DNA of 64,000 bases from an uncultured Methanoregulaceae archaeon (GTDB taxonomy: Archaea; Halobacteriota; Methanomicrobia; Methanomicrobiales; Methanospirillaceae): assembly GCA_963701095.1 (NCBI GenBank), contig OY969564.1, forward strand, positions 1,120,001 to 1,184,000. Reading direction: 5' to 3'. The notes under the pieces were generated by a model that searched no databases, had not been told where the DNA came from, and saw nothing but the letters and a program-made list of their open reading frames with translations. Made by a program: the position numbers and the translations under genes. Below, piece by piece: positions 19,865 through 30,853 of the stretch (within the stretch, counting starts at the first letter, position 1; each line of letters begins with the position of its first letter).

Positions 19865-21116
19865 TTGGGAATAATCTGGTACGTATAGCGCAATTATCGT
19901 TCTTGCCATTGTCTTTCTCCTCATCGCTGTCAGACAGTGGTTCAGGTTCCCGCTGCGGATATGGCAGATCATGCTCGGAGGAGCGGTTGCAGTGCTTCTT
20001 TTTTTCCAGATCACCCCGGGAAATGCCCTTGCCGCGATCAATCCGGACGTAATGGTCTTTTTGTTCTGCATGTTTGTCATAGGAGAAGCACTCTGCCGGA
20101 GCGGATATCTCGATACCCTTACCAACGCCTTTTTCCGGTATGCTCATACGTCCCGCGAACTCGTCTTCTTCGTACTCTTCGGGTTTGGGGCGTTCTCGGC
20201 TCTTCTTATGAATGATACAGTTGCAATTATCGGCACGCCTCTCGTCCTGGGTATTGCCAGCAGGTCCCGCATCCCGGCAAAACTGATGCTTCTCTCCCTT
20301 GCGTTTGCGATTACCACCGGCAGTGTTGCAAGCCCTATAGGAAACCCCCAGAACCTGCTTATCGCTGTCAACAGCGGGATGCATACGCCATTTGTCACCT
20401 TTGCCGTATGGCTTCTCCTTCCGACACTTGCAAGCCTTTGTGCCGCATGGATTGTGCTCTCTCTGTACTTCCGGAAAGACTGGAAAACTGCATTTTCCTA
20501 CGAGCCTCCATCAGAAATCCCCCATGATCCTGCCCTTGTGCGAATCGTTCAGTGTTCGCTTGTGATCCTGATCGGGCTTACTATAGCCAATATCTCTATT
20601 TCATTTATCGCCGCTGCGATAGTCATTCCCCTGCCTCTTATCGGGTTAGCCGCCGCTCTTCCCGTTCTTGTCTTTTCGTCGCAGAGATTCGATGTCGTCA
20701 AATCCATTGACTGGACAACGCTCATCTTTTTTGCCGCGATGTTTGTCCTGATGGCTGCGGTCTGGGAGACCGGATTTTTCCAGTCTTTAGCCGGGATCGC
20801 CGGTGTATCATCAGTCCCTGCAATCCTTGCAACCAGCGTGATCATCAGCCAGTTCATCTCAAATGTTCCTTTCGTCGCACTGTTCCAGCCGCTGATCCTC
20901 CAGGCCGGTGGCGGTACCGCCCGGCTTATGGCTCTTGCCGCAGGAAGTACCATTGCCGGCAATCTCACGATACTGGGTGCAGCAAGTAACGTTATCATCA
21001 TCCAGCAGGCCGAAGCCCGGGGAGAGACCATCACCTTTACCGAATTTGCCAAGGTCGGCGTGCCGCTGACCTTAATCCAGATTGCAATGTATGCGATCTT
21101 TGTAACCCTGATCTAA
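19865..21116 (+). CDS. ArsB/NhaD/SLC13-family anion permease (5' end disrupted; ORF track starts at 19971)
   Basis: SALLMNDT, GSVASPIGNPQN, ISNVP, AGSTIAGN..LGAASN; the hydrophobic first TM continues upstream of 19971. Confidence 0.85.
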
Positions 21117-21185
21117 AATGCCCTCGCGAGATTAAAAAAAGAAATACTTCTCCAGACAGATTTACCGGTGTTCTCATAAAAAAGA

Positions 21186-21575
21186 TCACAATTTCTTTAC
21201 ATCTCCTTTCATGATGTATTTCACCAGCATGAATATCACCAGCGCAATGATAATGAAATTGATAAGGGCGTTTGCAAAGTCTCCAGGCATGAACTTGACA
21301 GGACCTACCTGAAATACCTGGGTCTGCCAGTCGCCGCCGGGGATGAGGACCCCGATAAAGGGCATGATTAAATCCTTGACCAGTGCAGTAACCAGGGTCG
21401 ATGCAGCTGAACCGATAACAAACGCAACGGCAAGACCGATAACCTGGTATTTCTTTAAAAAGTCCATGAATTCCGCACTGAACCCTTGTGCACTTTTTCT
21501 CAGGTCTATGATGCCAGCCTCTTTTTCTTTTTCCACAGTTTCCGTTTTTTCTGTTTCCGTTTTTTCCGTGTCCAT
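21186..21575 (-). CDS. mscL: Large-conductance mechanosensitive channel
   Basis: EF..FL.KY.VIGLAVAFVIG.A...LV.ALV.DLIMP; G.F..ALINFIII. Confidence 0.9.
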   Translation of the reverse strand: MDTEKTETEKTETVEKEKEAGIIDLRKSAQGFSAEFMDFLKKYQVIGLAVAFVIGSAASTLVTALVKDLIMPFIGVLIPGGDWQTQVFQVGPVKFMPGDFANALINFIIIALVIFMLVKYIMKGDVKKL

Positions 21576-21709
21576 GATATATACCTCCAGAGAAATGGAA
21601 AATCCCTTATGTTCAATGATTTTTACCGGATATATATTATGATTTGGATGATTTCTGGGGATAAACGTGAAAAATGTGCCTGAAAATAGAAGAATCGTCT
21701 GAAAAAGTA

Positions 21710-22815
21710 TCAGAGCCTGACCAGTTCATAGTCACGGGTTCCTATACCAAGCTCTTCTGCATAGCGCAGCTGCCGGGACCCATCCGTGTTCGGCCGCATG
21801 CCGGTAAATTTATCCTCTCCCGGATGACGGTGCCGGCTCAGGAGCGATTCGGCGAATCCCTGCTGCTGGTTGACGAGGTCACAGGCAGCCGCATCGATAG
21901 CCACCGGGTCTTTTGAGGCAAGGATACCGATATCCGGGACGATCGAAGCATCACTCCAGGGGACACAGTCACAGTCCGGCGTGATACGGGTCAAAAAGCT
22001 TATGTACCGATCCGGCCGGCCTTTCCCTTAAGCGCCCCGTATGCATACTCTATCATCCTTTCCGTAAAAAGAGGGATCTCGGTTTCCCAGTCGATATCAA
22101 TCCCATGAGACTGACATACAGTCATGCATTCGAAACAGCCGATGCACAGGCTTTTATCAATCACCGATTTCTTCTCGACAATCGTGATCGCCGATTTCGG
22201 GCAGGCATCTGCACAGTTCCCGCATCCGGTACAGTTATCACGGATCGAAAACGGTTTTGCCTGGTGCTGTGCCCTTTTTCCCTGAGGGGGCGCACAGCCC
22301 ATCGCCACGTTCTTGAGAGCACCGCCAAAACCGGCTACTTCATGCCCCTTGAAATGGGTCATGACGATCATACTTTCCGCGGCCACAATGTCCCCGGCAA
22401 TTGCAACCGTCGCGAAATGTTTCTTGTTGATGACAACCGTCGAGATGTTCTTCCCGCACAACCCGTCAGCGATTATTACCGGCGCTCCAACTACGGCATA
22501 ATCAAACCCGTGGTGGACTGCGGTCGTTATGTGATCGACGGCGTTTGACCGGCTGCCCAGGTACAGTGTGTTGGTATCGGTCACAAAGGGAAGGGCCCCG
22601 GCTTCTTTTATTTTCTCCACAACCTGCCTGACATATACCGGGCTGATAAACGAGTCGTTTCCCTTTTCGCCGAAATGCAGCTTGATTGCTGTACGATCCC
22701 GAGCGTGAATACACGACGAAAAACCGGCAGCTTCAAAGAGTTTTCGTACTTTTGCCTCAGTACTTTCGTCTCCCGATCGTGCCCGGAGACTGGCAAACCA
22801 GACCGTACTTTTCAT
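21710..22815 (-). CDS. DUF362 domain 4Fe-4S protein (frameshift at ~22007)
   Basis: AIKLHFGE.GN, THFKGH...FGGALKN, two CxxCxxCxxxC motifs, ITPDCDC, DPVAID. Confidence 0.85.
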
Positions 22816-22875
22816 TTCCGGATCATCCCCGGAGGATTATAGTAACAACACCTATCTAAAGGTCGTGCCCGGTTT

Positions 22876-24246
22876 TTAGACAATAGTATCGAGATTGCGC
22901 TTCTTGAACCTGTCTTTATTATACCGTTTGAGGTCTTTAGCCCGATCGAAATACTGGCGCGACATATCGGACCGGCCCATCTCCTGGACGCAAATGCCAA
23001 GGTTGTTCCAGGCTTCTGCGTTGGCCGGGTTCCTTTCCAGCAGCTGGTTGTAGGTGTCCGCGGCGGCTGAAAGTATCCTCGCATCGTCCCGGAGAATACC
23101 CAGTTTCTGGAGCGTTGCTCCACAGGTAAAGAGGATTTCTTCTTCGGCTGGCGCTAGTTCGAGTGCCTTTGTTATGGATTCGAGCGCCTCTTCGTTTTTC
23201 TCAAGGGCCCGAAGACATACCCCCCGGTCATGCCATGCGTAAGCGTGTGAGGGTTCAATTTCAAGGGCTCGGTCAAACGCAGCGATCGCTTCCTCGTATT
23301 TTGCCTCCCGGTAGTAAAGCCGGAGGCCCTCCTGGTAGTTCGACTTGGATTTACCCATCAGCCGGTCAAACATTTTTCCCTGGCCTTGCGGCGCAGTGGT
23401 TTTTTCCGTCTTTTCTGCTGCAGACTCCTGGATCAGGAGATCGGTTCCGACCGTATGCGTGATATCGCGGATCCCCCCCAGCGTTCCAATAAATATCCCT
23501 TTTCCGTCATAGAGGAGAGTTGCCTTCATCCAGAGGATACGTTCGGCGCCATCTGTGCCCGGTGCTTTTGTCCATGCGATGATCTTCCCGTCTTCGTGCG
23601 CGATAATGGAATAGTTGTTTTTCTTGATAACCTCTGGATCTTCAAGAACCATATCCACGAGCAGCGGCACTTTACGGCCAAAAAAAGGCTCAGCATACGC
23701 GTGATCTTTCTTTCCGATCATATCCGCGGCTTCGATCCCGGAGAGGTTTACCATGCCATCGTTCCAGGCTATCACTTTTCCGTCCCGGTCAATGACAAAC
23801 GCCGGATCAGAAAAGAAATGCACAACATCGGTGAGAATCTTCTGGGCGGTTCCAATCCCCCGGCCAACCATTTTTCCTTCTACGGCTCGCCGGATCATGT
23901 GCACCATCTCCCGGAGCTGTGGCTGGATCTCCTCACCTTTCTTTAAGTAAAAGTTTGCACCGTTATTGAGTGCCTCAATGGCTGCATACTCCCTTCCCAC
24001 ACCGGTAAAAATAATTACCGGGGTCACATCCCCTTTTGACCTGAGAATCTTAAGAAATTCGATGCCGTTGATCTCCGGCATATCATAATCGACGATAATA
24101 GCATCAAATGTCTGGTCGTGCAAAAGGCCAAGGGATTCTTTAGCCGATCGGGAGACCTGGACTTTCATGTCGCCAAACCGTTCAAGAAACAGCCTGGTAA
24201 CATTGAGTACTTCTTCCTCATCATCTATGAGAAGGACTGAAAGCAT
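22876..24246 (-). CDS. Response regulator receiver + PAS + TPR protein
   Basis: LLIDDE...DYDMP...FTG receiver; PAS; C-terminal TPRs. Confidence 0.9.
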   Translation of the reverse strand: MLSVLLIDDEEEVLNVTRLFLERFGDMKVQVSRSAKESLGLLHDQTFDAIIVDYDMPEINGIEFLKILRSKGDVTPVIIFTGVGREYAAIEALNNGANFYLKKGEEIQPQLREMVHMIRRAVEGKMVGRGIGTAQKILTDVVHFFSDPAFVIDRDGKVIAWNDGMVNLSGIEAADMIGKKDHAYAEPFFGRKVPLLVDMVLEDPEVIKKNNYSIIAHEDGKIIAWTKAPGTDGAERILWMKATLLYDGKGIFIGTLGGIRDITHTVGTDLLIQESAAEKTEKTTAPQGQGKMFDRLMGKSKSNYQEGLRLYYREAKYEEAIAAFDRALEIEPSHAYAWHDRGVCLRALEKNEEALESITKALELAPAEEEILFTCGATLQKLGILRDDARILSAAADTYNQLLERNPANAEAWNNLGICVQEMGRSDMSRQYFDRAKDLKRYNKDRFKKRNLDTIV

Positions 24247-24300
24247 TTTTTACCGTTACTTCGTTCTTATGACCGCAAAAGATAAAAAAGAATGGATCAC

Positions 24301-24789
24301 TTATTTTCTTTTTCCGAGTTCATGGTCGAGACAGAAAAGGTGCCCGGGTACATCTCCCACGACTTTTATCTTTTCAATAATCTGGAAAGCGTTTGCCTCT
24401 TCCTCGACCTGTTCTTTGACAAACCACTGGAGCATCTCGAAGGTCGCATGGTCTTTTTCCTTAACTGCAAGATCAACGAGCGCGTGTATCATGCCGGTCA
24501 CTTTCTGCTCGTGTGCGTACACTTCGTCAAACACTTTCCCGCATGACGCCCATTTTGCCTTTGGGGCTTCTATGGCATCGAGAACAACTTTTCCCTGTCG
24601 TGCCAGGATATATTCATAGATCTTCATGGCATGAGCCCGTTCCTCGTTTGACTGGACCATCATCCATGCGGCAGACCCCTTGAAGTTGATCGACTCAAAC
24701 CAGGCAGACATTGCCAGATAAAGATACGAAGAATAAAGTTCACGGTTAACCTGGCGGTTCAGTGCTTCTTCCATAGATTTTGATAACAT
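24301..24789 (-). CDS. ftnA: Non-heme ferritin
   Basis: LN.Q.N.ELYSSYLYL.MS, EE..HA, FEMLQWFV.EQVEEE. Confidence 0.9.
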   Translation of the reverse strand: MLSKSMEEALNRQVNRELYSSYLYLAMSAWFESINFKGSAAWMMVQSNEERAHAMKIYEYILARQGKVVLDAIEAPKAKWASCGKVFDEVYAHEQKVTGMIHALVDLAVKEKDHATFEMLQWFVKEQVEEEANAFQIIEKIKVVGDVPGHLFCLDHELGKRK

Positions 24790-24977
24790 CCGAAATCCTC
24801 CTCTTTGGGGTGTAGTTGGCTTCTTTTTTTATAAGTGTTTCTTTTGTGACAACCAACCGGCGGCAAAACGGGCAGGATTCCGGCTTTTCTCCCGTATATC
24901 TCATAATTGACAGTATTGTTTTTACCAGATCAAAAAAGAGATGATAACAAGTGAAATACCCTTGTGCTGCCCGGTGC

Positions 24978-25436
24978 TTATTTCCGGACACGGTTTTTTT
25001 CTTCTTTTATATCGAGGATAATTTCCAGTTCAAGGGATTTTGCATAGGCGATTTCCGCTTCCTCGCTTTTCCCGGTCTCTTCAAGGCAAATTCCTTTGAC
25101 ATACCATGCTGTCGCATCGTTTGCGTTGAGCGCGGCCGCCCGGGTTGCCGCAGCAAGTGCCGGCACATACTGCTCGAGCTGGTACAGGGCAAGTCCTTTC
25201 TTCGACCAGGCATCCGCGTAATTGGGGTTAAGTAAAAGCGCCTGATCGCAATCAGCAACGGCTTCGGAAAACCGTTCCATCTCTATCTTCGCTGCTGCTC
25301 GTTGGCACCAGCCTTCAGCATTTTTTGGTTCGAGCCGGATTGCCTCATCATACAGGACAAGGGCCTCACGGTACTTCGTCTGCCGGACATACTGTTCTGC
25401 CCGTTTCAGGAGACGGGGCACTTCACTCACGGGCAC
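24978..25436 (-). CDS. TPR repeat protein
   Basis: ~4 TPR motifs. Confidence 0.85.
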   Translation of the reverse strand: MPVSEVPRLLKRAEQYVRQTKYREALVLYDEAIRLEPKNAEGWCQRAAAKIEMERFSEAVADCDQALLLNPNYADAWSKKGLALYQLEQYVPALAAATRAAALNANDATAWYVKGICLEETGKSEEAEIAYAKSLELEIILDIKEEKNRVRK

Positions 25437-25486
25437 GACACATCACCTTTCAAGGCATTCATTTTTTGGTTTTTTACGCATGTTCT

Positions 25487-26490
25487 TCATACCAACGAAT
25501 CTTCAATCAGGTCGCCAAAGATCTTTTTTAATGCTGCTTTCTCATACGTGGCTGCCTGCTGCTCTGCTGTAAGCAGGTGTTGGGGTTTCTCCCAGATAAA
25601 CCAGTCCTTCATCGTCATATAAGAAAGAAGGGCGTTTGTCAGGTTAACCCCGACATCGTAGAGGCTTGCATAATAATCAAGCGACATGTCAGCCCCCCAG
25701 TCCACAGCCAGGTGTTTTTCCATGATGGTGAGCATAGCGTCGCCAAACACTTTTGACTGGTACCACGCCGTGTGTGTCCAGCGGGTCGTGAGCATTTCTT
25801 TTACTTCGAGATGGTCAAATTTTTTCATCTGGGGGATGTTAACCACCGGCATGAGTTTGTCGGATGGGAGCGTTTTTGCAAGATACAGGTCCCGTGCATA
25901 GAACATGGATTTGTCCAGGACAAAATACCGCCGGGGGACGATTTCCATCATGTCCGTCATCTCATCCATATCCTGTTTGCCGTCTTTTAACAGGATATAG
26001 AGTGGGTTTTTCTCAGCTGTTCCATGCGGGTATAGATCCGGGCATTGACAATGGGGTTCCAGGGAAGTTCGTTGATATCTTCATGGAACTGGCTGTACAA
26101 CATGAAAAGCATCTCGATGAGTTTTTTGACCGGGAGTTTTTTTTCCTTTTTTGCCTCATCCTTAAGAGCATCGAGATAGATCTGGCGCAACCCGTTGTAA
26201 ACAGTATCCGGGGTATACGATAGCACCCGGTATCTGGATTTTTTGGCGGCAGAACCCCGGATAAGCAGGTGGGTGCACTGTTTTGCGATAACAAAATCCT
26301 TTAACAGGCCGATATAGTTTGCAGGAAAGATGATAATGTTCTTGTCGACGTTATATGTGTATACGTCAATGAGCGTTCCCCCCGGGGCGGCTTCCGGTTT
26401 ACGTAAAAGGGTAATCTCAGTATCTAAAAGCCGCTCGGTATCGCTGATGACCTTTCGTATTGGTTTGGTCAGGGGCATGTTGGTCTTCAT
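25487..26490 (-). CDS. Hypothetical protein (probably one gene, frameshift at ~26003)
   Basis: Adjacent ORFs 25987-26490 and 25487-25969; the downstream frame stays open across the junction. Confidence 0.6.
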
Positions 26491-26636
26491 TGCCCTTCAC
26501 CCGGCCTTTCCGGCACTTCACCGCAGCGCTTCATGCACTCCCATACTAATGACGAATACAGGTTTTAACGCTAAAAAGGGAAAAACGTTAGGATTGGATA
26601 CGTGGTTTTAAAGACCGGTGAATTATTTACCGCTTT

Positions 26637-27239
26637 TCAGGTCTTTTTCCGTGGCCGGGCAAGAGTATGGAAAAAACCGGTCACCGGGTTCCGTTTTCTT
26701 GGCCGGAATACTCCCTGGTTTACATATCTTACGTCTTCGATGGAGAAGAACGCATCCGGGTTTGTTTCTTCGATATACCGGGTGATCCGCGGCACATCCT
26801 CACGGTTCACAAGAGAGATAATCATCATGACACCGCCCCGTGCTCCCTGCGCATCGAGAACGGTCGTCCCGTATTGTTCGGCCTGTAAAAACCCGGCGAT
26901 CCCGGCACTGGTTTCATTAGTCGTGATGATACGCATGATAACCATGCCAATGGAGAGTCTTTCTTCGATCTCCAAGCCGACAAACGTCCCCAGAGCAAAA
27001 CCGAATGCATAGGCAAAGAAATTCCCGACATTGGAAAGATTGCTTATCACGCCGACAATAGCAAGCAGCCAGATGATAATCTCAAAAAAAGCGATAATTG
27101 CTGCAAGATACTTGATTCCCTTAGAGAGAAAGACGATACGGAGCGTCTCCATGCAGACGTTTGCGATCTGCGCAATAAAGATAAGGGCCGGCAGGATGAC
27201 CCAGTTATAGAATTCAGGACTGATGATAAAAAACGCCAT
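26637..27239 (-). CDS. UPF0316/DUF2179 membrane protein
   Basis: TLRI.F..KG...LA....FFE..IWL; GFA.GT.VG..IEE.LSIG; NPDAF.SIEDVR. Confidence 0.85.
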   Translation of the reverse strand: MAFFIISPEFYNWVILPALIFIAQIANVCMETLRIVFLSKGIKYLAAIIAFFEIIIWLLAIVGVISNLSNVGNFFAYAFGFALGTFVGLEIEERLSIGMVIMRIITTNETSAGIAGFLQAEQYGTTVLDAQGARGGVMMIISLVNREDVPRITRYIEETNPDAFFSIEDVRYVNQGVFRPRKRNPVTGFFHTLARPRKKT

Positions 27240-27382
27240 GCATGCGCCTCAGGCTTTTCGTATTCTCCTGTATCACATTCTAGTTGACAGGTAAACACGT
27301 TGCCGCGGGTTGTATATCAAGGTTATTGGAAAACGCTTGAAAAGACAAAAAAGGGGAATTGTTCGGATGACTGAATCCGGTT

Positions 27383-27526
27383 TCAAGCAGCATATTTTTC
27401 CGGATCGGCATCAAATTTTTTCTTGCAGCCCGGAGCACAGAAATAGTATTTCTTTCCTTTGTACTCGCTCGTAAACTTCGCTGTCTTTTCATCGACGGTC
27501 ATCCCGCAGATCGGATCAATGGCCAT
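27383..27526 (-). CDS. YHS/TRASH domain copper chaperone-like protein
   Basis: MAIDPICGMTV...YKGKKYYFCAPGCKKKF..DPEKY. Confidence 0.9.
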   Translation of the reverse strand: MAIDPICGMTVDEKTAKFTSEYKGKKYYFCAPGCKKKFDADPEKYAA

Positions 27527-27531
27527 GTGTT

Positions 27532-29972
27532 TCAACTCCCCTGATTTCCCTTCTTTGCTTCCGGTATATATCCTTTCAGAAGCAGCGAAAGCGTTACAAC
27601 TGTAACCGAACTTGCAGCCATTGCGAGGGCGGCAGCTCAGGCCGGAACATGAAGCCAAAGAGGGGGTAGAGAATACCGGCGCCAACCGGGATAAGGGCGG
27701 CGTTATAGGCAAAGGCCCAGAAAATGTTTCCCCGGATCCTTCCCATCACTTTTTGTGAGAGTTCTATGGCCGCGACTGCGTCGACTAAGTCGTCCCTGAC
27801 AAGAACGATATCACCACTTTCGATCGCTATATCAGTCCCGCTCCCAATGGCGATCCCGACATCGGCCTGGGCAAGCGCAGGGGCGTCGTTTATCCCGTCC
27901 CCGATAAATGCCACTACCTCCCCTTTCTCCTGCAGAGCTTTTACTTCTGCAACCTTCTGGTCAGGGAGGACTTCGGCAACTACCTGGTCAATACCAAGGG
28001 TCCGTGCGATGGCTTCAGCAGTCCGCCGGTTGTCGCCGGTTACCATGACCGCACGAATCCCGTGTGACCGGAAACGACGGACAGCGTCTGCACTGGTTTC
28101 TTTTAACGTGTCCGCAATTGCAATAAGCCCGGCAAGGGTTCCACCAGCAGCGACCAGAACGACTGTTTTTCCGTCCTGTTCATAGTTACTAATCCGTGCA
28201 TCAAGTTCTGGCGGAACTGTGACGGCATGATCCTGCAGATACAGCCGGTTTCCCACTGTCACTTGTTCGCCGAGTACCTCAGCGACAACTCCTTTTCCCC
28301 CCACAGTAACGAACTTCTCCGCAGTTTCGGGAACGATTCCCCTTTTTTGTGCGGCCCGTAATATAGCCTTTGCATAGGGATGAGCTGAATTTTTCTCGAC
28401 GGCTGCGGCAAGGCTGATGAGTGTTTCTTCCGTAACATCGACAGCCACAAGATCGGTTACTTCCGGCTGGCCTTTCGTCAGTGTGCCGGTTTTGTCGAAG
28501 ATTACCGTTGTTACTTTCGCTGCACTTTCCAAAGCCTCCCCGTTCCGTATCAGGATCCCCAGTTCAGCTCCCCTGCCGACACCTACGGTTACAGCCGTTG
28601 GTGTAGCCAGGCCAAGTGCACACGGGCAGGCAACCACCAGTACTGATATAAGTGCCGTAAGTGCAAGGATCAGCGTCGCACCGAGCACATAGTACCATAC
28701 AATAAAAGCCGACGCGGCGATCACCAGAACCGCCGGGATAAAGTACATGACCGCAACGTCGGCGATACGTTGTACGGGTGGTTTTGACCCCTGCGCTGCT
28801 TCGACAAGCCGGACAATCTGGGCGAGCACCGTGTCGCTGCCGATCCTTGTTGCTTTTACCCGGAGGACACCATTGGTGCTGATCGTGCCGCCAATAACCC
28901 GGCTCCCTTTCTCCCTGAGCGGGGGGACTGGTTCCCCGGTTATCATTGCCTCGTCCACATAACTCTCGCCGGATACGACTTCTCCATCGACCGGGATCCT
29001 GTTCCCGGGCTTGACGACAACGAGATCCCCGACAACAAGATCATTAACCGACACTTCGACTTCTTTTCCGCCCCTGATCATCGTCGCGGTTTTTGCCTGG
29101 AGGCCGGCCAGTTTCCTGATCGCATCTGAGGTTCTCCCCTTGGCCCTTGCTTCGAGATACCGGCCAAGCATTAAAAACGCCGCAAGCATGATCGCAGTAT
29201 CGTAGAACATATACGCGTTGGTGAGAACAATCGAGAATGTTCCCATCACGCTTGCAACAAAAGCGACACCGGTACCCATGGCGTACATGACATCCATCGA
29301 GAGGATCCGGTTTTTGAGCGACACCCATGCTGCCCTGAAGATAGGGGAGGCGACGTAGACAAAGACCGGCGTTGAAACGACCAGCATGGCATACGCCATC
29401 AGCTGCATTGGTATCCCGAGCGGCACCCACATCAGGACCATAAGGGGAATGGCCACGGCAAACCCGACAGAGAACCGCATCAGTTTGTCGTGAAGGTCGG
29501 CCTCACGCACGGCTTTTTCTGCCTCGTCACTGAGTTCGCCGGAAAGTCCCAGGTACTGGTACCCGGCGTCCTCGATCGCCTGCTTCATGTCTCTAACCCC
29601 GGATAACGAAGGATTATAGGATACGTACGCCTGTTCGTTTCCGAGGTTGACGCTCACAGAAACAATCCCGGGAAGTGCCCGGAGTGCTGCTTCGATGGTC
29701 TCTACACAGGTAGCACACATCATTCCGCCGATCCGGATAATAACCTCCCGGTTGGTCACGTCGTACCCTGCTGCCCGGACAGCCTTTTCGAGGTCGCCAA
29801 GAGAGACTTTTGCGGGATCGAACTCAACCCGGGCCGTATCGTTTGCAAAATTCACTTCCGCTCCTGAGACGTTTTTTACCTGTGCGAGGGCTTCCTTGAT
29901 GGTAACCGCACAGGTCGCACAGTGCATCCCGGTTATCTTGAGTTCGGCGTTCTTCTTTTCTGGTTCCGGCAA
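27532..29972 (-). CDS. copA: Cu(+)-exporting P1B-type ATPase (frameshift near C-terminus, ~27633)
   Basis: Two GMxCxxC HMA domains, TGEP, CPCALGLATP, DKTGT, GDGINDAP, YN; likely TTG start after GGAGGA; AMAASSVTVV tail in a shifted frame. Confidence 0.92.
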
Positions 29973-30125
29973 ACGTATCCTCCTTTTTAAAAACGGCGTT
30001 TTCCTGTCCTTTGCATCTTTCTCTGGGAAATAATAACGGTTATGGAACAGGTACCTTGGTACGAGTGGAATATTTATTGCGCTCAAATGCTACATGCGAA
30101 GACGGGAAGGAGAAAAGGCGTTTAT

Positions 30126-30350
30126 ATGAAGGTGACTATCGACCGAAAACAATGTGTCAGTTGTGGTTCGTGCTGGGATTCCTGCCCGGAGCTCTTTGTC
30201 CAGAATGAAAAAGATTCATTCAGCCAGATTGTCCCCGAATACCAGGAAAATGGGGATCCGGCAAAAAGTACAGAAATCCCTGACACCACCAGCTGCGCCC
30301 GCGATGCCGCCGATCTCTGCCCGGCTACAATTATCACCATTGTTGAGTGA
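30126..30350 (+). CDS. Monocluster ferredoxin
   Basis: MKVTIDR..CVSCGSC...CP...AADLCP. Confidence 0.85.
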   Translation: MKVTIDRKQCVSCGSCWDSCPELFVQNEKDSFSQIVPEYQENGDPAKSTEIPDTTSCARDAADLCPATIITIVE

Positions 30351-30359
30351 CCTGACGGT

Positions 30360-30695
30360 CTATTCGCGGATCATCGTTAAGATCATCCGGAATCGTTCCC
30401 GGGCAAAAACCGCGTGAGGTTTGTTTGCCGGCAGGATGATCATGTCCCCGGTCCGGACTGTATAGGGCGTTCCTGCTATCTGTACCTCTGCAGTACCGTC
30501 GGTCACCATAAGCACCGCATCGAACGGTGCAGTATGTTCCGAAAGCCCTTCTCCGGCATCAAAGGAAAAGAGGGTGATCGTACCGGCTTTTTTAAACACA
30601 ATCATCCGGCTTGCAACCGTGCCGGGCTGGTACGCGACAAGGTCATTGACGACAAGAACTTTCTCTTTGAGATCTTCCCGTGCGTTTTCGGTCAT
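30360..30695 (-). CDS. Cupin domain protein
   Basis: LFSFDAGEGLSEHTAPFDA...PAN.PHAV. Confidence 0.85.
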   Translation of the reverse strand: MTENAREDLKEKVLVVNDLVAYQPGTVASRMIVFKKAGTITLFSFDAGEGLSEHTAPFDAVLMVTDGTAEVQIAGTPYTVRTGDMIILPANKPHAVFARERFRMILTMIRE

Positions 30696-30853
30696 GACAG
30701 GTTCCCTGCACATACTTATTTCTGTGTGCCTTGATATCAGCGCCGTTCCTGCATAAGAACTTCCCTGCTGGCTCGATTTTTTTCGGCAATCCGGGTTGTA
30801 GCAGATTATTTAGGAACAGGAAGGCAATCAGCTGGTGAAGATGAGATGATAGA

